A program made the position numbers and the translations under genes. Shown in pieces: positions 35,641 to 46,169 of a stretch of DNA of 62,359 nucleotides. The stretch comes from a virus (lineage: Duplodnaviria > Caudoviricetes), in the IMG/VR virus record IMGVR_UViG_3300032290_000471, positions 1-62,359 of that record; one strand, 5' to 3'. Positions within the stretch are counted from its first letter, which is position 1; each line of letters opens with the position of its first letter. The notes under the pieces were generated by a model. It saw nothing but the letters and a program-made list of their open reading frames with translations, was not told where the DNA came from and made no database searches.

Positions 35641-36894
35641 ATGCAAGGATATTCAGGATATAGTATAATAGACCCCGATGTAGCTATCAGAGATAGCGCA
35701 AACTTGGATGCATTCAGTAGATTAAGAGTATCTAATCCGCTTATTTTATTTAACGCTCAACTTACATACGACCTTGCTCCTATTATTATGGAGCAAATTA
35801 CTAATGGAACAGGTGCTACAGTTACGCATGATACTACAAATAGACAGGCTTTAATGACATTTAGCTCAACGCCTACAGGCGGTAAAGCTTATATGCAGAG
35901 TTATGAGTATTTGCCCTATCAACCCGGTAGGTCACAACTTATATTTGTTACATTCAACATGATTGCAGCTGTAGCTAATACATTAAAGTTTGCAGGATAT
36001 TCAGATGGGGTGAATGGTATTGAGTTTCAATTAAGTGGAACAACCAAGCAATTTATAGTTTATTCGGCTAGTTCAGCAGGCAATGAAACTGTTACGCAGT
36101 CTTCTTGGAATTTAGATAAGTTGGATGGTACAGGTGCTAGTGGAATAACACTTGATATAACTAAGACGCAAATTCTTGTTATAGACATTCAGGCTCTTTA
36201 TGTAGGTAGGGTAAGAGTTGGATTTGATATAGGTGGTCAGATTATATACTGCCATGAGTTTTTACATGCAAACTTATTTGCTTCACCATATGTACAAACA
36301 GCTAACCTTCCTGTAAGATGTGGCATGACTTGTACAGGTACAGTAAGTACAACAATGAACTTTATATGTTCTGCTGTCATATCTGAAGGAGGTTCTGAAG
36401 ATATTAATGTTTATGGATACACATTTCAGCAGGATACAGGTGCTGTAAGTGTTGTAGATACAGGAGTCGGAACACATCTCTTAAGTTTAAGACCAAGAAC
36501 TACATTTAATAGTATCACAAACAGAACAAGGGTAGCATATATAGATGTAGAGATTTATAATGCAGGTAACCAACCTATTCAGTGGCAGTTATGTGTTGGT
36601 CAAGCTATATCAGGAACCACTACATACAACAATGTAAACTCAACATATAGTTCAAGTGAGTATAATGTATTGGGAACACTTAGTGGTAGTCCAACAATTG
36701 TAATAGATGGTGGGTATGTAGCTTCGTCAGGAGGAGCTAAGGGTGTAACAAACACTGCTATTATTTCTCGTTATCCTATTACACTTGATGCAGCAGGATT
36801 ACAAAGAGCAATGGGAACTTTAACTCTTAAGGCTACATCATTAAGTGGTACACAAACATGTTATGCTTCAATAAAATTTAGAGAAATCAGATAA
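35641..36894 (+). CDS. Structural/receptor-binding beta-sandwich protein
   Basis: DAFSRLRVSNP, YQPGRSQ, WNLDKLDGTG. Confidence 0.6.
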   Translation: MQGYSGYSIIDPDVAIRDSANLDAFSRLRVSNPLILFNAQLTYDLAPIIMEQITNGTGATVTHDTTNRQALMTFSSTPTGGKAYMQSYEYLPYQPGRSQLIFVTFNMIAAVANTLKFAGYSDGVNGIEFQLSGTTKQFIVYSASSAGNETVTQSSWNLDKLDGTGASGITLDITKTQILVIDIQALYVGRVRVGFDIGGQIIYCHEFLHANLFASPYVQTANLPVRCGMTCTGTVSTTMNFICSAVISEGGSEDINVYGYTFQQDTGAVSVVDTGVGTHLLSLRPRTTFNSITNRTRVAYIDVEIYNAGNQPIQWQLCVGQAISGTTTYNNVNSTYSSSEYNVLGTLSGSPTIVIDGGYVASSGGAKGVTNTAIISRYPITLDAAGLQRAMGTLTLKATSLSGTQTCYASIKFREIR

Positions 36895-36897
36895 AGT

Positions 36898-37572
36898 ATG
36901 GCACAAGGAACAACCAAAGGAGTACCAATAGATATAGACCCTCTGTTAGCAGCAGATAGTGATTTACTTGTTCCTTCACAGAAGGCTATAAAGACGTATG
37001 TAGATACAGGACTTCTTACTAAACAAGCAGTTCTTACTAACCCTGTAACAGGTACAGGTACTAATAATGAGATAGCTTATTTTAATACAACAGGAAGTAC
37101 AATAGCTAGTCTTCCAACTGCAACATATCCATCCCTCACTGAACTTAGTTATGTAAAGGGTGTTACATCTGCAATACAAACTCAGATTAGTAGTAAACTA
37201 ACAAATAATGCTTGGGTGGATTATTCGGCAACTTCTACTATAACAGGGTTTACAAATTATGCTAATAAGAAATTACAGTATAAGATATTGTCATCAGACA
37301 CTATGCTTGTTCAGTTTCAGATTGAGTCTACTGCAAACAATGGTTCAGGAACGACAACTTCGTTTACTCTTCCATCTAACGCATCTGCTTGGGGAACTCA
37401 GTATTTCATGTGTCAGGTTCAAAATGGAACCACGCAGACAGCTGCTGTTGCTTATATCAATGCTTCTTCAAACGTAGTAACATTCTCTACGAGTGCGTCT
37501 ACGACAAACATAAATGCTTGGACAAATGCTGCCACTAGATATATCAGAGGGCAGTTTACAATAAACACTTAA
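36898..37572 (+). CDS. Tail fibre/spike protein
   Basis: PSQKAIKTYVD, ELSYVKGVTSAIQTQ, FTLP. Confidence 0.65.
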   Translation: MAQGTTKGVPIDIDPLLAADSDLLVPSQKAIKTYVDTGLLTKQAVLTNPVTGTGTNNEIAYFNTTGSTIASLPTATYPSLTELSYVKGVTSAIQTQISSKLTNNAWVDYSATSTITGFTNYANKKLQYKILSSDTMLVQFQIESTANNGSGTTTSFTLPSNASAWGTQYFMCQVQNGTTQTAAVAYINASSNVVTFSTSASTTNINAWTNAATRYIRGQFTINT

Positions 37573-37573
37573 T

Positions 37574-37831
37574 ATGAAACAGATACAGCCAATTCAGATA
37601 TGGTCCCCTAATGGATTTATTGAAATAAGTTTTTTTTCACTATTGGATTTCTGTGGGTATAAATTTGACGACGGAGTTGGGTATGTAACCTACGAACTGA
37701 TAGGTACAGACTCGCTTCCTTATTACACAAATAGCATAGAGGTCCCATCAAATGTTATTCAACAATGGGGAGAAGACGATGGCATTATTTGGGACTATGT
37801 TGCAGGTGCTTTGGGTTTGGTTATTCTGTAA
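37574..37831 (+). CDS. Tail fibre chaperone-like small protein
   Basis: MKQIQPIQIW...WGEDD...WDYVA. Confidence 0.55.
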   Translation: MKQIQPIQIWSPNGFIEISFFSLLDFCGYKFDDGVGYVTYELIGTDSLPYYTNSIEVPSNVIQQWGEDDGIIWDYVAGALGLVIL

Positions 37832-37865
37832 GGTAAAAAACGATAAATTTGTAAAAAACAAGAAA

Positions 37866-39263
37866 ATGGCAAAGATAGAATCATATGTATTGGCTAACGC
37901 TCCTTTATCAGGAAGTGATAAGCTGATTGGTACTGACACGGCGCATAACAATGCTACCAAGAACTTCAGTATCAATGAGTTGATAACATTTATAACAAAT
38001 ACGGATACATACGTTCCATATACGGGAGCAACAGGAAATGTAGACTTAAATTTTAAGTCCTTAAATAGTGTTGGCGGGATATCTAGTCAATACATGCAGA
38101 ATAGTGGAAGTATTTCTACAGCCTTATTGGATGTTACATTTGGAGCTTTATATATAAGCGGCACACAAGGAGCATTAGGACAAGTATTGACAAGTCAAGG
38201 ACCTAGCTCTCCTGCAATATGGAGTTCAGCATCTACAGGGCCTCAAGGCATACAAGGTCCTGCGGGTCCACAGGGTCCTGTTGGTCCTGTTGGTCCTGCG
38301 GGATTGAATTGGCAGGGGGTTTGGGTGTCAGGCACTTCCTATATTGTTGATGACGCTGTGGGGTATGCAGGTGCTTCTTGGTTCTGTATCAATCCAACTT
38401 CAGGGACAACACCTCCCGATTTAGATACAACAAATTGGGCTTTATTGGCTGCTCAAGGTGCTCAAGGTCCTGCGGGCCCTGCGGGCGCTCAAGGTCCAAC
38501 GGGCGCTACAGGTCCTCAAGGAGCATCAGGTAACAATACTTTGCAACAGGTATTAAATAACTCTAGCTCGCTTAGTAACGGACGTAATTTTCAAGGAACA
38601 GGTTCAGGTACAGGTAATTTAGGATTTAATGTAAATGGATTTGGTACAAACTGCGCAACAAACAATTCAGGTTCAGATGTAAATGCATTTGGTGTAGATG
38701 CTGCGGATAACAATACAGGTGGAAATGTAAATGCCTTTGGCAATCAGGCAGGAAACAATAATACATATAATTATGTAAATTTATTCGGAGCTTCAGCCGT
38801 TGCAAGTGCTGACAATCAGTTGGTATTTTCAAATGTAGGTGGATTTAGCGCTCAGTTATCTAATACAAATATTACTGCCGATAGATTATATGAACTTCCT
38901 GACCAATCGGGTACAATAGCTCTTGAAGATTATTTGGTTTATACTGCTTTGATAAGTGCACCGGGAGGAAGTCCTACGGCTACTGTATTAAAGAATACAT
39001 TAGGAGTTGTGTTGAATTGGACTAACCCATCTAATGGAGTATTAAGAGCTACCGCAGCATCAGGGACACCATTTACAGCAAGCAAAACTTGGATTACAAG
39101 CGGTGGATTTAATAATGCAGGTCAGCCATATATAGTTACATCTCAAAGAGCTAACTTGTCTCCTACAACAATGGTTGACTTTTATTTTTTCCTTTATGAT
39201 GGAACAATAACAGGTACGCCAAACGTAAATGACTTTTCTATAGAAATTAGAGTTTACCCATAA
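37866..39263 (+). CDS. Tail fibre protein 2 with collagen-like repeats
   Basis: Gly-X-Y runs, N-terminus paralogous to fibre 1; start MAKIES at 37866 after TAAATTTG at 37844-37851. Confidence 0.8.
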   Translation: MAKIESYVLANAPLSGSDKLIGTDTAHNNATKNFSINELITFITNTDTYVPYTGATGNVDLNFKSLNSVGGISSQYMQNSGSISTALLDVTFGALYISGTQGALGQVLTSQGPSSPAIWSSASTGPQGIQGPAGPQGPVGPVGPAGLNWQGVWVSGTSYIVDDAVGYAGASWFCINPTSGTTPPDLDTTNWALLAAQGAQGPAGPAGAQGPTGATGPQGASGNNTLQQVLNNSSSLSNGRNFQGTGSGTGNLGFNVNGFGTNCATNNSGSDVNAFGVDAADNNTGGNVNAFGNQAGNNNTYNYVNLFGASAVASADNQLVFSNVGGFSAQLSNTNITADRLYELPDQSGTIALEDYLVYTALISAPGGSPTATVLKNTLGVVLNWTNPSNGVLRATAASGTPFTASKTWITSGGFNNAGQPYIVTSQRANLSPTTMVDFYFFLYDGTITGTPNVNDFSIEIRVYP

Positions 39264-39490
39264 TGGACATTAGAAAAATATCGATAGGGTTAGATTACAA
39301 GAATGGGGCTATGCATTACATTGTAGGGCAGAGGGTTCTGTCTGATACTTGCGAGATTCATATTATAAGACATGACCACGGGACTAATTCTGTTAAGATT
39401 TATGTCATTAATGACAAGGGAGAGATAATACTTTGGAAGGAGTTTAATTCAAATGTGCCAATTTCAATAGAATATAATATAAATTTTTAA
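39263..39490 (+). CDS. Hypothetical protein
   Basis: IRKISIG.DYK..AMHY.VGQ. Confidence 0.7.
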   Translation: MDIRKISIGLDYKNGAMHYIVGQRVLSDTCEIHIIRHDHGTNSVKIYVINDKGEIILWKEFNSNVPISIEYNINF

Positions 39491-40054
39491 ATGCGTTCAC
39501 CGTTTTACTTCATAGCAAGGCCGCTAAAAGGTAAACGATACGACAACACAAAAGAGGTAGGAGGGATTGAACTTATTGTAAGTACGTCTGAGGAGGACCA
39601 CAAGTTCTCTAACAGGCATGCTGAAGTCGTAGAGTTACCATTGGGCTACACAGGACCTGTCGCAGTTGGCGACACGTTACTCGTGCATCATAACACATTC
39701 AAGTACTATAACGACATGAGAGGTCGTCAAAAAAGTGGCAAAAGCTTCTTTAAGGATGACTTATTTTTTATTGAGACCGACCAATTCTTTATGTACAAGC
39801 ATGATGATGAGTGGCATTCTTATGACAAGTATTGCTTTATAAAGCCAATCCCTGTGGAGGATTCGTATATCAAAAAGCCTATTTCTGAAGAGCCTCTTAT
39901 TGGTATTGTCAAATATTCAAATGAATACTTGATGAGTAAAGGCATTTTTCCAAACGATAAAGTGTGCTTTAAGCCTGACAGCGAGTACGAGTTCAATGTT
40001 GACGGAGAGAAACTATATAGAATGTTTGACCATCAAATTGTAATTAAATTATGA
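39491..40054 (+). CDS. Tandem GroES-like protein
   Basis: Two halves each with FI.P...(G/A).V...(G/N)D.V pattern of the Cpn10 fold. Confidence 0.55.
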   Translation: MRSPFYFIARPLKGKRYDNTKEVGGIELIVSTSEEDHKFSNRHAEVVELPLGYTGPVAVGDTLLVHHNTFKYYNDMRGRQKSGKSFFKDDLFFIETDQFFMYKHDDEWHSYDKYCFIKPIPVEDSYIKKPISEEPLIGIVKYSNEYLMSKGIFPNDKVCFKPDSEYEFNVDGEKLYRMFDHQIVIKL

Positions 40055-40335
40055 ACGACGTAAAAAGTATAAAATTAAAGATAATAGAGGCGGGCAGGGT
40101 AGCCGTCAATCAACTTATAAAAGTTGCGCAAGAAGACATTATTAAACCTAATGCTGACGATGAGTTGGCGGCAGACAAACTTAAGAATGCGGCAGCAACA
40201 AAGAAGTTGGCTATATTTGACGCATTTGAAATATTGAACAGGATAGAATTGGAGAGAGAGAACTTGGATGCTATAGACAAGGGAATAAGTAAAACAGATA
40301 CAAAACAAGGATTTGCAGAACGAAGGTCAAAATAA
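40051..40335 (+). CDS. Putative terminase small subunit
   Basis: Helical 94-aa protein directly upstream of and overlapping terL. Confidence 0.45.
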   Translation: MNDVKSIKLKIIEAGRVAVNQLIKVAQEDIIKPNADDELAADKLKNAAATKKLAIFDAFEILNRIELERENLDAIDKGISKTDTKQGFAERRSK

Positions 40336-42562
40336 TTACCTATACAGGATTATTGATGGCGTCATACCTCAATCGGTACTGACAAGGAAGAATAATGCCA
40401 AGTCTTGGAGCTATGGGTATAATGACGAGTATGACATTGTGGTTATATCAAAGTCGGGTACCATAGGAGATATATATAATATTAATGGCTTAATGATTGC
40501 ACTTCCTGCGGCTCCTAAGAATTGCTATTCAAGGAGCAAGAAAGCAAATGAGCAGTATTGGGATAGAGAAGAGATGCCAAAAGACTTGACGAAGATTCAG
40601 TCTATATTTCATTGGAACGAAAAGCCAAGAGAGTTTAAAGACAAGTGGGTAGACTATATAGAGCAGCAGTTTGACTATAGGGAGGAAGGTTTTTGGTTTA
40701 TGAACAACGGGAAGCCAACATACATTACGGGCTCTCACTTCATGTACTTGCAATGGTCTAGCATTGATATTGGGTATCCCGACTTCAGGGAAGCCAACAG
40801 AATATTTTACATCTATTGGGAGGCGTGCAAGGCTGACAGCAGGAGTTTTGGTATGGTGTATCTGAAGATACGTCGCTCGGGTTTCTCGTTCATGTCATCA
40901 TCAGAGTGTATCAACATAGGCACATTGGCTAGGGATTCAAGGATAGGTATCCTATCAAAGACGGGTACTGACGCCAAGAAAATGTTCACAGACAAAGTAG
41001 TTCCAATCAATAACAGGCTTCCTTTCTTCTTCAGGCCAATTATGGATGGTATGGACAAGCCAAAGACAGAGTTAGCTTTTAGGATACCTGCTTCAAAGAT
41101 TACCAAGAAGAACATGTACAATACTGAGGCGGAGGAGATGGAGGGGTTGGATACATCAATAGATTGGCGAAACACAGAGGAGAACTCTTACGATGGTGAG
41201 AAGTTGTTGTTTTTGGCTCATGACGAGAGTGCTAAGTGGGTTGCTCCAAATAATATTCTAAATAATTGGCGTGTAACCAAGACGTGTCTTCGTTTGGGTA
41301 GCAAGATTATAGGCAAGTGCATGATGGGCTCTACGTCAAATGCACTTAGTAAGGGTGGTGGTAATTACAAGAAGCTATACGAAGACTCAAGGTTAGATAC
41401 AAGAAATGCAAATGGACAGACTAAAAGCGGCCTTTATTCGTTATTCATTCCGATGGAGTGGAACATGGAAGGTTTTATAGACAGGTATGGTATGCCTGTT
41501 TTCTATAAACCTGAGGGGCCAATTGTTGGTGTTGACGGCGCCAAGATAACAAACGGAGCTATCGACTATTGGGAGAACGAGGTGAAGTCTTTAAAGAATG
41601 ACCCTGACGCGCTGAACGAGTTTTATCGTCAGTTCCCAAGAACAGAGTCTCATGCTTTCAGAGACGAGAGTAAGCAGTCGCTATTTAACCTAACTAAAAT
41701 ATATCAGCAGATTGACTATAACGATTCTTTTATCAAAGAGCATTATGTTACACGTGGAACCTTTAGTTGGAAGGATGGTGAGAAAGATACGAAGGTTATA
41801 TGGAGCCCCGACCCAAGGGGAAGGTTTTTAATCAGTTGGTTTCCGCCACCACATTTACAAAATAGAAAAGTTGAGAAGAATGGCGTCAAATATCCCGCCA
41901 ATGAACATATTGGCTCATTTGGATGCGATAGCTATGACATATCGGCTGTTGTTGGAGGCAGAGGTTCTAATGGTGCGCTACATGGAATGACTAAGTTCCA
42001 TATGGACGAGGGTCCTGTAAACGAGTTCTTCTTAGAGTATATAGCTCGCCCGCAGACTGCAGAGGTGTTCTTTGAAGAGGTGCTTATGGCTTGCGTGTTT
42101 TATGGTATGCCGATACTTATAGAGAATAACAAGCCAAGGTTGCTGTATCACTTTAAGAACAGGGGATATAGAGGATTTTCAATGAACAGGCCCGACAGGC
42201 ATTATAGCAAGTTGACAAAGACAGAGCGTGAGATTGGTGGCATACCTAACTCATCTGAAGATGTCAAGCAGGCGCACGCTTCGGCAATAGAGACTTATAT
42301 TGAAAAGTATGTAGGATTTGATATGTCAGGTGTTTATAGGACTCCTGACGAGATGGGTTCAATGCCATTCAGCAGGACTTTGGAGGATTGGGCTAAGTTT
42401 GACATATCAGACAGAACCAAGTTTGACGCCTGTATAAGTTCGGGATTAGCTATTATGGCAAATCAGAAAGGACTTTACACTCCTGAGAAAAAAGAATCAA
42501 AAATAACTATTAACTTTGCTAGGTACACAAATGACGGCAGCACAAGCAAATTGATTAGATGA
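40313..42562 (+). CDS. terL: Terminase large subunit
   Basis: LKIRRSGFS Walker A, LAHDE Walker B, MGST, FGCDSYD nuclease. Confidence 0.9.
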   Translation: MQNEGQNNYLYRIIDGVIPQSVLTRKNNAKSWSYGYNDEYDIVVISKSGTIGDIYNINGLMIALPAAPKNCYSRSKKANEQYWDREEMPKDLTKIQSIFHWNEKPREFKDKWVDYIEQQFDYREEGFWFMNNGKPTYITGSHFMYLQWSSIDIGYPDFREANRIFYIYWEACKADSRSFGMVYLKIRRSGFSFMSSSECINIGTLARDSRIGILSKTGTDAKKMFTDKVVPINNRLPFFFRPIMDGMDKPKTELAFRIPASKITKKNMYNTEAEEMEGLDTSIDWRNTEENSYDGEKLLFLAHDESAKWVAPNNILNNWRVTKTCLRLGSKIIGKCMMGSTSNALSKGGGNYKKLYEDSRLDTRNANGQTKSGLYSLFIPMEWNMEGFIDRYGMPVFYKPEGPIVGVDGAKITNGAIDYWENEVKSLKNDPDALNEFYRQFPRTESHAFRDESKQSLFNLTKIYQQIDYNDSFIKEHYVTRGTFSWKDGEKDTKVIWSPDPRGRFLISWFPPPHLQNRKVEKNGVKYPANEHIGSFGCDSYDISAVVGGRGSNGALHGMTKFHMDEGPVNEFFLEYIARPQTAEVFFEEVLMACVFYGMPILIENNKPRLLYHFKNRGYRGFSMNRPDRHYSKLTKTEREIGGIPNSSEDVKQAHASAIETYIEKYVGFDMSGVYRTPDEMGSMPFSRTLEDWAKFDISDRTKFDACISSGLAIMANQKGLYTPEKKESKITINFARYTNDGSTSKLIR

Positions 42563-45000
42563 AAGATGTAACAGTAAACATTGACATTTTAGCTACAGGG
42601 TTTCCAAGTCAGTTTGTATCTGACAAAGAAAAATCGTCTTATGAGTATGGTCTTCAAGTGGGACAAGCTATTCAGTACGAATGGTTTCGCAAAGACTCTC
42701 TACAATGTAGGTTCTACAACCAATGGAGAGACTTCCATAGATTAAGACTATATGCAAGAGGTGAGCAGTCTATAGCTAAATATAAAAACGAATTGGCTAT
42801 AGATGGCGATTTGTCTTATCTAAACTTAGATTGGACACCCGTCCCTATACTGCCAAAGTTTGTTGACATTGTTGTTAATGGCATGTCAGACAGACTATTT
42901 AAGGTCAAGGCGTATGCCCAAGATGGCATGTCTCAGGCTAAGAGAAATAAATACCAAGACCTTTTAGAAGGTCAGATGTTAGCCAAGGATATTCTTCAGA
43001 ATATGCAAGACCAAACAGGATTCAATCCGTTTGTTATCCCTCAAGAGCAGTTGCCAAATGATGATGAAGAGCTGAATCTTTATATGCAGTTGAATTATAA
43101 GCCTGCTATTGAAATTGCTGAGGAAGAGGCTATTAATACCATATTCGATGAAAACTTTTTTCAAGATACAAGAAGAAGGTTAGACTATGATATGACTGTG
43201 TTGGGTATAGCCGTGGCTAAACACGAGTTCTTACAAGGCACAGGAGTAAAGATATCTTATGTTGATCCTGCTAATATTGTTTATAGTTATACTGAAGACC
43301 CTTATTTCAGTGATTGCTTTTATTGGGGAGAGATAAAGACGATACCACTGACAGAGTTATATAAAATAGACCAATCAATTACCAAAGAACAGCTATACGA
43401 GATTTCTCTTTATAGTCAGGCGTGGTACAACTATTTTAATGTACAGCAGTTTTATCAAAATAGCATGTTCTTTAGAGATACATGCACATTGATGTATTTC
43501 AATTATAAGACCACCAAGAAAATAGTTTACAAAAAGAAAACTCTTGAGGGTGGCGGTTCTCGTGTTATTGAGAAGGACGATACATTCAATCCTCCTGAAG
43601 AGATGATGGAGGAAGGTAAGTTTGAGAAGATAGAAAAGACTATTGACGTATGGTATGAGGGTATTATGGTTATGGGCACCAACTTTATTTTGAAGTGGGA
43701 GATGTGCGAGAATATGGTAAGACCAAAGTCAGCTAGTCAACACGCTATACCAAATTATGTTGCTTGCGCTCCTCATATGTATAAGGGCGTTATTGAATCG
43801 TTGGTCAGAAGGATGATTCCTTTTGCCGACTTGATTCAGGTAACGCATCTGAAATTACAACAGGTTATTGCTAGGACAGTGCCTGATGGTGTATTCATTG
43901 ATGCCGATGGTCTTAATGAAGTTGATTTAGGCACAGGTAATGCCTATAATCCTGAGGATGCTCTTAGGCTTTACTTCCAAACAGGTAGTGTTATTGGCCG
44001 TAGCTTTACAGGTGATGGTGACTTTAACAATGCAAGAGTTCCAATCACTCAGCTAACATCTAACTCAGGGGCGTCTAAAACACAGATGCTGTTAGCCAAT
44101 TACAACCACTACCTTGATATGATTAGGGCGGTTACAGGACTTAATGAGGCTCGCGATGGCTCTATGCCTGACCCGAACTCATTGGTTGGTGTACAAAAGT
44201 TGGCTGCTCTCAACTCTAATACCGCCACTAGACATATACTTGAAGCAGGACTTTTCATTCATAGATCCCTTGCGCAGGCCATAACGTACAGAATAGCCGA
44301 CATTTTAGAGTATTCTGACTTTAAAGATGAGTTTGCCAATCAGATAGGAAAATACAATACTTCAATCTTGGAAGAGATTAAGGACTTGTACATATATGAC
44401 TTTGGTATTTTTATAGAAATCAGTCCCGATGAAGAACAAAAAGCTCAGCTTGAAGCTAATATACAAATGGCATTATCTAAAGGCGATATTAACCTTGAGG
44501 ATGCTATTGATATCAGAGAGATTAAAAACATCAAGTTGGCTAACCAACTTCTTAAAATGAAACGTGTTAAGAAGCAGGACAGAGAGGAGAAGATGGCTAT
44601 GAGTCAGCAGGCTATAACTGCTCAACAGCAATTGCAATCTCAGCAGATGGCTAGTCAAACTGCTATGCAGAAAATACAGATGGAGTCCGAGTCTAAGTTG
44701 CAATTAAAACAGGCTGAGATGCAGTTTGCCATTCAGCGTATGCAGGCTGAAGCTGAGCTGAAGTCTAAGTTGATGCAGGAGGAGTTTAACTACAATATGC
44801 AATTGGCAGGATTGGAATCTCAAGGAACCGAAGGTAGAGAAAAAATGAAAGAAGATGAGAAGGCCAAGCGTATTGCAATTCAAAATAGTCAGCAGTCTAA
44901 GTTGATTAATCAGAGAAAGAACAATCTGCCTCCAATCAATTTTGAATCTAACGAAGATAGCTTGGATGGTTTTGACTTAGCAGAGTTTGAGCCAAGATAA
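42559..45000 (+). CDS. Portal protein
   Basis: 813 aa after terL; PILPKFVDIVVNG; Q-rich helical C-terminal barrel. Confidence 0.85.
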   Translation: MKDVTVNIDILATGFPSQFVSDKEKSSYEYGLQVGQAIQYEWFRKDSLQCRFYNQWRDFHRLRLYARGEQSIAKYKNELAIDGDLSYLNLDWTPVPILPKFVDIVVNGMSDRLFKVKAYAQDGMSQAKRNKYQDLLEGQMLAKDILQNMQDQTGFNPFVIPQEQLPNDDEELNLYMQLNYKPAIEIAEEEAINTIFDENFFQDTRRRLDYDMTVLGIAVAKHEFLQGTGVKISYVDPANIVYSYTEDPYFSDCFYWGEIKTIPLTELYKIDQSITKEQLYEISLYSQAWYNYFNVQQFYQNSMFFRDTCTLMYFNYKTTKKIVYKKKTLEGGGSRVIEKDDTFNPPEEMMEEGKFEKIEKTIDVWYEGIMVMGTNFILKWEMCENMVRPKSASQHAIPNYVACAPHMYKGVIESLVRRMIPFADLIQVTHLKLQQVIARTVPDGVFIDADGLNEVDLGTGNAYNPEDALRLYFQTGSVIGRSFTGDGDFNNARVPITQLTSNSGASKTQMLLANYNHYLDMIRAVTGLNEARDGSMPDPNSLVGVQKLAALNSNTATRHILEAGLFIHRSLAQAITYRIADILEYSDFKDEFANQIGKYNTSILEEIKDLYIYDFGIFIEISPDEEQKAQLEANIQMALSKGDINLEDAIDIREIKNIKLANQLLKMKRVKKQDREEKMAMSQQAITAQQQLQSQQMASQTAMQKIQMESESKLQLKQAEMQFAIQRMQAEAELKSKLMQEEFNYNMQLAGLESQGTEGREKMKEDEKAKRIAIQNSQQSKLINQRKNNLPPINFESNEDSLDGFDLAEFEPR

Positions 45001-45051
45001 AAATCGTTTTGAAAAATTGCATATTTTTGTTACAAATAAAATTCAATTAAA

Positions 45052-46149
45052 ATGGAAATTAAGGTAAGAGCATTGGATGCTGCTGAACCAAAAGGCGTTC
45101 AGGAATTAGAAAAAGAGTTGCTTGATAAGCACGAGCAAGAGCAACAGGAATTAGAAAGTGCACAGCAGTCTGTGCAAAACGAATCTGAATCAGCACAACA
45201 TAATGTGCAAAATGAAGATGAGTTAAGTGAAGATAAAGTTCTTTCATATATTGGAAAGCGATACAATAAGCAAATCAATTCATTTGATGAGTTGATGTCT
45301 GAGAGGAAAGAGTCCGAAGACTTACCTGAAGATGTAGCGGCTTATTTTAAGTATAAAAAAGAAACAGGTCGTGGTATTGATGACTTTGTCAAGTTAAGAA
45401 AGAACTATGACGAAGTAACCCAAGACGATTTACTTAGAGATTACATAGCAGCTACAAATCAAGGATTGGACGCGGACGATGTAGAGGTAATGATGGAAGA
45501 TTATAGTTATGATGAGAATCTTGACGATGACTCCCACATTAAGAAGGTAAAAATCGCTAAGAAAAAAGCAGTTGCAGAAGCTAAAAAATTCTTTACTGAG
45601 CAGCAGGAAAAGTATAAGCTCCCACTTGAGTCAAGGCAGGGGTTTGTTCCTGATGAGGAGAAAGAAGAATACGAGGCTTATAAGCAATATACCAAACAGG
45701 CAAAGACCTATCAGGAGGAAGAAAATCGCAGGCGCGATTGGTTTCAGAAGAAGACTGATGATTTGTTTAGCGGAGAATTTAAAGGTTTTGAGTTCGAGCT
45801 TAACAATAAGAAAGTCAAATTCACTCCCGGTGACTCTGCTGAATTGAAAAAGATGCAATCTAACCCTGCAAACTTTGTATCAAAGTTTTTGGATGAGAAT
45901 GGTCTTATCAAGGATGCGGAAGGATATCATAGAGCTTTGTCTATAGCTATGAACCCCGACAAGTTTGCCAAGTTCTTCTACGAACAGGGACTTGCTGATG
46001 CTACGGATGATGTTACTAAAAAGATTAAGAACATCAATATGACGGAGCGAAAAGCAGTTCAGGTGACTAATAAGGGTGACTTTCAGGTAAAGGCTGTAAA
46101 TCCTGATTCAGGCAAAAACCTGAAGATTCGCAGCATAAAAAGAATTTAA
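45052..46149 (+). CDS. Capsid scaffolding protein
   Basis: Acidic, helical, between portal and capsid genes; TATTTTTG at 45022-45029. Confidence 0.7.
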   Translation: MEIKVRALDAAEPKGVQELEKELLDKHEQEQQELESAQQSVQNESESAQHNVQNEDELSEDKVLSYIGKRYNKQINSFDELMSERKESEDLPEDVAAYFKYKKETGRGIDDFVKLRKNYDEVTQDDLLRDYIAATNQGLDADDVEVMMEDYSYDENLDDDSHIKKVKIAKKKAVAEAKKFFTEQQEKYKLPLESRQGFVPDEEKEEYEAYKQYTKQAKTYQEEENRRRDWFQKKTDDLFSGEFKGFEFELNNKKVKFTPGDSAELKKMQSNPANFVSKFLDENGLIKDAEGYHRALSIAMNPDKFAKFFYEQGLADATDDVTKKIKNINMTERKAVQVTNKGDFQVKAVNPDSGKNLKIRSIKRI

Positions 46150-46169
46150 AAACTTAAAACAAAAAAACA

